64,000 bases of DNA from Candidatus Woesebacteria bacterium GW2011_GWB1_38_8b (GTDB lineage: Bacteria > Patescibacteriota > Microgenomatia > UBA8517): contig LBVN01000007.1 of assembly GCA_000993115.1 (NCBI GenBank), positions 3,587 through 67,586 on the forward strand, written 5' to 3'. The notes beneath the pieces were generated by a model. That model had not been told where the DNA came from, did not search any database, and worked only from the letters and a program-made list of their open reading frames with translations. Below are positions 57,963 through 64,000 of the stretch, piece by piece (within the stretch, counting starts at the first letter, position 1; every line of letters starts with the position of its first letter). The position numbers and the translations under genes were made by a program.

Positions 57963-59198
57963 TTACAACAGTGGTACAAGCTGCTCAAGATGTAAAGAGT
58001 GAGATCCTTTTATTAATATATCTGTATTTTTACCAAGATGCTTTTTAATTATTAATGGAATCCTATTTAAATCATTAAAAAAGTAGACGTTCGCCAGTTT
58101 TCTGGACGCAGCTTTGGCCGTATATTCACTTCTCTTTCCAACGCAAATTAAAGCATCCGGTTTGTATTCAGAAATAAAACTACCCATTTCGTCGTGGAAT
58201 TTGATTTCATCAGCGCCTAACTCAAGCATATCACCAAAAACTATTATCTTGGAATTCTCCTTATTATTTTTCATAAAATTATCTATAGTTGTCTTTGCTG
58301 CCATGGGATTGTTGTTGTAAGCATCATCATATATTTTAACTCCACCACTTTTATTTAATATTTGCATTCTGTGTTTGGGGGGAGAAAAGTTCTTAAGACC
58401 AATTTCTATTTTAGTAAAATCGATATTTAAGTTTTTTGCACAAGTAATTGCCGCTAGGGCATTTTCAACATACTGCATCCCAATCATCGGGATTTCTATA
58501 CCAATTTGATTATTTTCATATACTAAATTAAACTTTGTTTTACCCTCTTTCGTAACTTCAACTTTTGAAGAATATATTTCTGCTTTGGATCCATACCAAA
58601 TTATTTCGGAGCTTAATTTATTTTTTAAGGTATTTAAAAACTTATCATTGGCATTTAATATTGCTTTGTCATCGGAAGTTAAAACTTCCACCAATTTTTT
58701 TTTCTCCTTAAAAACACCATGGACATTTTTAAAAAATTGGGTATGGGTTGGAAAAATATTAGTAATAATCCCAATATCAGGCTTCGCAAGCCACAAATAA
58801 AAATCCATTTCTCCCGGATACTCTACTCCCATTTCCAAAATCAAATATTTTGTACCTGGAACACATTTAAGTATGGTTGTCGGGATATTAAAAACAGAAT
58901 CGATATTTTCATAACTTGCGACTGTTTTTTCACATAATCTTAAAATTCCCAAAAGCATTTCTTTTGTTGTAGTTTTTCCGGCACTTCCTGTAATTCCTAT
59001 TACTTTTAATCCAAATGTTTTTCTTAATAAAACTAAATAATATTTAGCAATCCTACGTTTCAACGGATGAATAATTAGAAGACGTATAAGAACTCTTGCT
59101 TTTTCTGAGTTACTTTTAATACGCATTATTTTAGCCAAATCCCTATGCTCTTTTGGTAAATTCCCACCAGATATTTTTTTCAATAATTGATTATCCAT
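57963..59198 (-). CDS. murF: UDP-MurNAc-tripeptide:D-Ala-D-Ala ligase
   Basis: GITGSAGKTTTKE, LEMG, DDAYNNNP, GDMLELG, KGS. Confidence 0.92.
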   Translation of the reverse strand: MDNQLLKKISGGNLPKEHRDLAKIMRIKSNSEKARVLIRLLIIHPLKRRIAKYYLVLLRKTFGLKVIGITGSAGKTTTKEMLLGILRLCEKTVASYENIDSVFNIPTTILKCVPGTKYLILEMGVEYPGEMDFYLWLAKPDIGIITNIFPTHTQFFKNVHGVFKEKKKLVEVLTSDDKAILNANDKFLNTLKNKLSSEIIWYGSKAEIYSSKVEVTKEGKTKFNLVYENNQIGIEIPMIGMQYVENALAAITCAKNLNIDFTKIEIGLKNFSPPKHRMQILNKSGGVKIYDDAYNNNPMAAKTTIDNFMKNNKENSKIIVFGDMLELGADEIKFHDEMGSFISEYKPDALICVGKRSEYTAKAASRKLANVYFFNDLNRIPLIIKKHLGKNTDILIKGSHSLHLEQLVPLL

Positions 59199-59251
59199 TT
59201 TCTTAAATATTAAATTTATTCTAAATCGGATCCGACAAAATGTCGATTAAA

Positions 59252-60046
59252 CTATCCAACGCTAATTTTTTCCGGCTTATCAATTTTATTTCCTAAAAAT
59301 TTCTCCGCAACCTGTTTAAAACTTGGGGTGATATCTGTTACATATATTTTTAACCCGCCGTGACCGACCCCCAACATCTTATTTTTAGTTAAGTATAATT
59401 TTAATATCTTTGAGAGCTCTTCAGCTGGATCTATTATTATTACTTTATCTCCAATGGTCTTTTTAATTGAATTTCTAATAATTGGGTAATGAGTACAACC
59501 TAATATCAAGGTGTCAATTCCGGTTTCCTTAAACATTAATAGGTATTTTTTAACTACAGAATCTAATATATTGCCATTTATTAAACCTTCTTCAACTAAA
59601 GGTACAAGAAGAGGACAAGCTACCTGAAAAGTTATAATTTTGGAATTTAATTTGGCAATTTCTCTTATATAGCTCTTACTGTTTATTGTACCCCGTGTGC
59701 CAATAATTCCGATTTTTCCGTTAATAGTCGATTTTACAGCATCAGCGGACCCGGCTGTAATTACGTCAAATATAGGAATACTCGTAATTTGTCTTAAATT
59801 ACTTGCAGCAAATGCTGATGCGGTATTACAGGCAATAACTACACATTTAACCTTATTCTTAAGCAAAAATGTTAAATCTTCTTTGGCAAACTTATTTACA
59901 ATTTCCTTGCTTCTCGTACCATACGGAACTCTTGCAGTATCGCCTAAGTAGATTATATTTTCTTTAGGAAGAGCTTTTCTAATTTTGTTAACTACTGTCA
60001 AGCCTCCCAATCCGCTATCAAAAACTCCGATCGGCCGGTTATCCAT
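59252..60046 (-). CDS. murI: Glutamate racemase
   Basis: FDSGLGG, PYG, IACNTAS, LGCTHYP. Confidence 0.97.
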   Translation of the reverse strand: MDNRPIGVFDSGLGGLTVVNKIRKALPKENIIYLGDTARVPYGTRSKEIVNKFAKEDLTFLLKNKVKCVVIACNTASAFAASNLRQITSIPIFDVITAGSADAVKSTINGKIGIIGTRGTINSKSYIREIAKLNSKIITFQVACPLLVPLVEEGLINGNILDSVVKKYLLMFKETGIDTLILGCTHYPIIRNSIKKTIGDKVIIIDPAEELSKILKLYLTKNKMLGVGHGGLKIYVTDITPSFKQVAEKFLGNKIDKPEKISVG

Positions 60047-60065
60047 GAAGCAATTATACAGTAAG

Positions 60066-61418
60066 TTACAGTTTATTGACCTCTTTCTTAAATTGATTAC
60101 CTCTTTCTTTATAATTGGGAAACATATCAAAAGATGCAGTGGCCGGTGATAAAACCACAACACCACCTTTTGGAGTAAGTTCTAAACATTTTTTTACGAT
60201 TTGCTTCATTTTAGGCTTGCCCATTTTGATTATATTTTTCGTGCAATTTGCCTTAAGTAAAGCGTTATAAATAATATCGGTAATATCTCCGATTAAAATA
60301 ATATTTTCAATATTTTTTTTATTTGCAATTACCATCCCCATTTCGTTATATTCAAGTCCCTTATCAGACCCACCTAAAATCAGGGACATTGGTTCGGAAA
60401 ATGAATTTATTGCTGCTATCGTAGTCTGTGGATTTGTAGAAAACGAATCATTGTAAAATTTAACACCTTTTACATCTCTAACTAATTCCAATCTGTGTTC
60501 TAAACCCTTAAATGAATATATTGTTTTTTTAATTGAACCGGGTTTTGCTCCTGCCAAAGACGCCGCGCAAATTGCCGCGGTAACATTTTCCCAATTATGT
60601 TCACCTTTTAGAAGCAAATCACCGGTTCTCCCTATTTCTATTTTCTTCCCATCAGTGTCCAAATAAATTGTCCCATGATTTACGTAGCTACCTTTTACGA
60701 TCTTGTTTTTGCTGAAATAATATTTTTTTGCACCCGTTAATTTTTCGAACCGTTTACTGGATGAATAGTCAGCGTTAATGACAGCCAGGTTGTTTGTGTT
60801 TTGATGTGAAACTATGCTTTCTTTTGCTCTTACATATTCTGTGCTTCCTTGATGCCAATCCATATGATCAAGTGTGATATTAAGTACAACACCAATATGG
60901 GGGCTTTTTGTCAAATCTATTAATTGAAAGGATGATAATTCTAAAACCACTAATGATTTTTTAGTTAGTTTTGGAAGCAGATTTAAAACCGGATCACCAA
61001 TATTTCCTGCTAAGTACACATCTTTACCCTGGTTTTTTAAAATTTCATAGATTAAAGTGCTCGTTGTTCCTTTGCCTTTAGTTCCGGTTACACCAATTAT
61101 TTTTCCAGGGCATAAATCACAAAAAAGTTTTAGTACAGAGGTAACTATAACTCCGCTTCTTTCTGCATCGACCAGTTCGGGGAGATATCGATAAACCGCA
61201 GGAGCTCTAAAAATATAATTATATTTCTTAAGACCTCGAAGGTAATTGACTCCTTTAATAAAATTTATTTTAGCTTTATTTACTTCTGTAATCTTTAAAT
61301 TAGGATTTCGATCCAAAACCGTTACGTTTGCACTGTGAGAGAGTAAATATTTCGCTGCGTCAACCCCATTTATTCCCCATCCCAAAACCGCTACATTCTT
61401 ACCTTTGAAATTTTCCAC
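60066..61418 (-). CDS. murD: UDP-MurNAc-L-Ala:D-Glu ligase
   Basis: TGTKGKGTT, ELSSFQL, DHMDWH, HRLE, NDS, LSPATASFD. Confidence 0.96.
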   Translation of the reverse strand: MENFKGKNVAVLGWGINGVDAAKYLLSHSANVTVLDRNPNLKITEVNKAKINFIKGVNYLRGLKKYNYIFRAPAVYRYLPELVDAERSGVIVTSVLKLFCDLCPGKIIGVTGTKGKGTTSTLIYEILKNQGKDVYLAGNIGDPVLNLLPKLTKKSLVVLELSSFQLIDLTKSPHIGVVLNITLDHMDWHQGSTEYVRAKESIVSHQNTNNLAVINADYSSSKRFEKLTGAKKYYFSKNKIVKGSYVNHGTIYLDTDGKKIEIGRTGDLLLKGEHNWENVTAAICAASLAGAKPGSIKKTIYSFKGLEHRLELVRDVKGVKFYNDSFSTNPQTTIAAINSFSEPMSLILGGSDKGLEYNEMGMVIANKKNIENIILIGDITDIIYNALLKANCTKNIIKMGKPKMKQIVKKCLELTPKGGVVVLSPATASFDMFPNYKERGNQFKKEVNKL

Positions 61419-61464
61419 GATATGTTATTTTATCACGATCAGACGAAGTAGTATAATGTTGAAA

Positions 61465-62538
61465 ATGCTAAGAATTTTTAAAAAGTACAATCTTAAAAAG
61501 CAAAACGCATTTAAACTTGATGTAATTGCTGAATATTTTGTATCAGTAACACAGAAGAAAGATTTAAAAAAACTCGCTAAGAGAATTGATTTAAAAACCA
61601 ACAAACATTTTATACTAGGGTCGGGATTTAACACTTTATTTACCGGAAACTTTAACGGACTGATCATCCACCCAAACATTGGTGGGATTGTTAAATTAAA
61701 AGAAAACAAATCACACGTGTGGTTTAAAGTTGGCGCGGGTGTTGATTGGACTAATTTTGTAAAATTTGCGGTAAGTAAAAACTTAAGCGGTATTGAAAAC
61801 CTGAATCTTATTCCCGGCTCTGTTGGCGCTGCACCAGTTCAAAACATCGCAGCATACGGTCAGAATTTTGAAGATGTATTCGTTAGTCTTACTTCATACG
61901 ATATTATAGAAAATAAATTTGTGAAGTTTAATAAATCAAAGTGCAAATTTGCCTACCGCGATAGTTTTTTCAAAAGGGAAAGCAACGGAAGGTATGTAAT
62001 AATTGATGTAACAATTAAGCTCTCAAAAATTGCAAACATCGATACATCGTATCACTCACGATATGGCGGGATAGTCGATGAACTCAATAAATTTACAAAG
62101 CCACCTTACAATGTTTCTGTTATTGCAAAAGCGGTAGGAAGAATTAGACGAAGAAAGTTTCCGAATTGGAATAAATTTGGTACTGCGGGAAGCTTTTTTT
62201 TAAACCCATTTGTAAGCAAAGAAAAGCTTTCGGAAATTCAGAAAATTGCACCGGGTGTTCAGTTTTACCCGATTGAAAAAACAACTTATCCCCCTACTGA
62301 TGATCATTATCTTAAGCATAGCAGTTATGTAAAAATTGCGGCTGGTTGGCTCTTGGAAGAAATAGGTTGGCGCGGGAAAAGAATAGGCAATGTGTCAACT
62401 TCACCTAATCAAGCGCTCGTTGTAATAAGCCATGGAAAAACGAGTCCAAATGAAATATTATCATTCACTAAAAGAATGCAAGATGATTTCGAAAAAGCAT
62501 ACGGAATTAAATTAGAACCGGAAGTAAACATTATTTAA
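61465..62538 (+). CDS. murB: UDP-N-acetylmuramate dehydrogenase
   Basis: IPGSVGAAPVQNIAAYG, YRDSFFK, AGSFFLNP, AAGWLLE, LEPEV. Confidence 0.95.
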   Translation: MLRIFKKYNLKKQNAFKLDVIAEYFVSVTQKKDLKKLAKRIDLKTNKHFILGSGFNTLFTGNFNGLIIHPNIGGIVKLKENKSHVWFKVGAGVDWTNFVKFAVSKNLSGIENLNLIPGSVGAAPVQNIAAYGQNFEDVFVSLTSYDIIENKFVKFNKSKCKFAYRDSFFKRESNGRYVIIDVTIKLSKIANIDTSYHSRYGGIVDELNKFTKPPYNVSVIAKAVGRIRRRKFPNWNKFGTAGSFFLNPFVSKEKLSEIQKIAPGVQFYPIEKTTYPPTDDHYLKHSSYVKIAAGWLLEEIGWRGKRIGNVSTSPNQALVVISHGKTSPNEILSFTKRMQDDFEKAYGIKLEPEVNII

Positions 62539-62824
62539 TCGTTATTTTATCTCCCGGGTTAATTTTGTATTTTTGAATAAATCCTGATTGTACTTCAATC
62601 ACTCTAATATATTTAGGGCTCCAGAAAAATATCCGATTGGGTTTAACATTTGCAAATTTACGTACTATGAAGTCTTTATCCAAAACCAGAACGTCAATCG
62701 GTTTTTTAACGAAAAAAGTATGTATTCCAAAATGTGTTTCAAAATATATCGGCTCGGATAAATCACTAAACATCAACCCTACAAACTTATTAATACCGAA
62801 AAGTTTTTTGACTTTAATTACCAC
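62531..62824 (-). CDS. DUF192-like protein
   Basis: GLMF..IHTFFVKKPIDVLVLD..VIEV..GD. Confidence 0.75.
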   Translation of the reverse strand: MVIKVKKLFGINKFVGLMFSDLSEPIYFETHFGIHTFFVKKPIDVLVLDKDFIVRKFANVKPNRIFFWSPKYIRVIEVQSGFIQKYKINPGDKITIK

Positions 62825-63505
62825 TTAAAAATTAATAGTATCCTTTTCACTTACGTTTTCATGAGTAAAATCTTCCCCCAAATGTCTATATTGACACCAT
62901 TTACAGGCTTTACTTTCCTGAGGCAGTGGGGATTTAAGTAACTCATCAATATCTTTCATTAACTCCAAAAAGCTTTTGTCGTCGATCGGGATTTCCAACC
63001 ATTTCGGAGGAAAACTTACCATAGCTGAATTATCGGTAAAATTTACTGTATCGGGATAAAAAATTAAAAGGGCAAGTTTTGTAATTTTATAAGAATTTCC
63101 ATTTTTAGGATTTTCCAAAGCAAATTTATAAGCTCCAAGCTGAGTTTTATATTTTTCTATTTTATCAATATTTGGGGAACTTATTTTTAAATCAACCAGT
63201 GTGTGAGAATTATCCGGATTTTTAACGAGCAAATCATATTTTCCCTTAATAAAAACAGACGTTTCGGGAACGAGAATAGAATCTACCCAACCTTCCTGAT
63301 TTACAACTTCCCCATCCGGTAAATCATCGGACAAGGTTTTAAGGTTCTTTCCGACCAGACTTCCCTGAATCCTTGTATTTATTGCCGAAAAAACACCCGG
63401 CATCGGCATTGAAGGTTGAGTAATTCCCTTTTTCACTTTAAGGCAGTAACAAAGTTTACATTCCTCATAAAGATAAGCGAAATCGGACGGAGACAATTTA
63501 AACAT
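62825..63505 (-). CDS. PD-(D/E)XK nuclease family protein (Cas4/AddB-like fold)
   Basis: LSPS..CKLC, GKYD..LVDLK, QLGAY, CKWC. Confidence 0.8.
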   Translation of the reverse strand: MFKLSPSDFAYLYEECKLCYCLKVKKGITQPSMPMPGVFSAINTRIQGSLVGKNLKTLSDDLPDGEVVNQEGWVDSILVPETSVFIKGKYDLLVKNPDNSHTLVDLKISSPNIDKIEKYKTQLGAYKFALENPKNGNSYKITKLALLIFYPDTVNFTDNSAMVSFPPKWLEIPIDDKSFLELMKDIDELLKSPLPQESKACKWCQYRHLGEDFTHENVSEKDTINF

Positions 63506-63589
63506 GTCCATATTCTACACCCGGGACAATATATTTATAAACCACAAATGTATAAATTCAAAAAAATCAAAGAGGATTTTAAGCCGAGG

Positions 63590-64000
63590 CTATTTTAGCT
63601 GTAAGCTTTTTATTACTGATCGGGCTACTTCAGAATCAATACTTAATGTTTTTTCCACTTCTCCCCCCGTGTAAAATCCAAGTAAACATATCGTATCATT
63701 TTTGGTAAAAATAAATCGGGTTTCAGAAGTTCCACTTGGAAATTCCCAGGGTTTATTGTTCTCAAATACCAAAGATGTATTACCCCCAATTTCCACATCT
63801 TCGAGGCGTTTGTAAGTAAACCATTGGTTAAGATTAGGCTGATTTTTATCTCCAAGTGAAATACTTTCTCCAACTTTTAATTTTATCAAAGCCTGATAGT
63901 TTTTTTCATTGAAGTTGTAGATCTCCCCCTCCTCCGATTTATTGTCAGCGGTAATAACTGAAATATAAATAAAATTAGTGCCTCCTTTACCACTTTCTTT
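63590..64000 (-). CDS. Hypothetical protein, 3' part (starts beyond window)
   Basis: Frame is open from the window edge to the stop at 63590. Confidence 0.6.
   Translation of the reverse strand, partial: KESGKGGTNFIYISVITADNKSEEGEIYNFNEKNYQALIKLKVGESISLGDKNQPNLNQWFTYKRLEDVEIGGNTSLVFENNKPWEFPSGTSETRFIFTKNDTICLLGFYTGGEVEKTLSIDSEVARSVIKSLQLK

Noticed and set aside
59226..59246. Palindromes TCGGATCCGA and CGACAAAATGTCG between murI and murF
   Set aside because: Contains only one half of the CAAAATGT motif and is too short to support a call.

Overview
AT-rich bacterial chromosome segment. Gene content and protein style suggest a Candidate Phyla Radiation (Microgenomates-like) genome, probably a metagenome assembly; this assignment is inferred. 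It is mostly housekeeping: uvrABC/lexA, a lower-glycolysis cluster (gpmI, eno, ppsA, pgi/pmi, pmm/pgm), ruvC, dnaE, gatCAB, lemA-htpX, polX, guaB, lepB, parB, ribosomal proteins, ileS, a dcw/mur cluster, four tRNAs and several surface proteins including a cohesin-CARDB-dockerin protein. The most notable feature is a miniature gene-less IS200/IS605-type element in two copies (1738-1866, 129 bp; 2021-2131, 111 bp). Both sit directly 3' of TTAT, end in TCAT, fit the TnpA(Y1) guide/cleavage pairing rule, are multiples of 3 and are stop-free on the antisense strand. One copy is inserted in frame in uvrC and adds 37 aa. Other observations are a candidate LexA operator shared by lexA and uvrA, a recurrent CAAAATGT-N9-15-ACATTTTG promoter element, pervasive leaderless-type starts (-10 box, 6-7 nt, ATG), and a series of short deletions and chimeric junctions (uvrA, uvrB, lexA, holA, dnaE, 42.2 kb) that most likely are local assembly errors.
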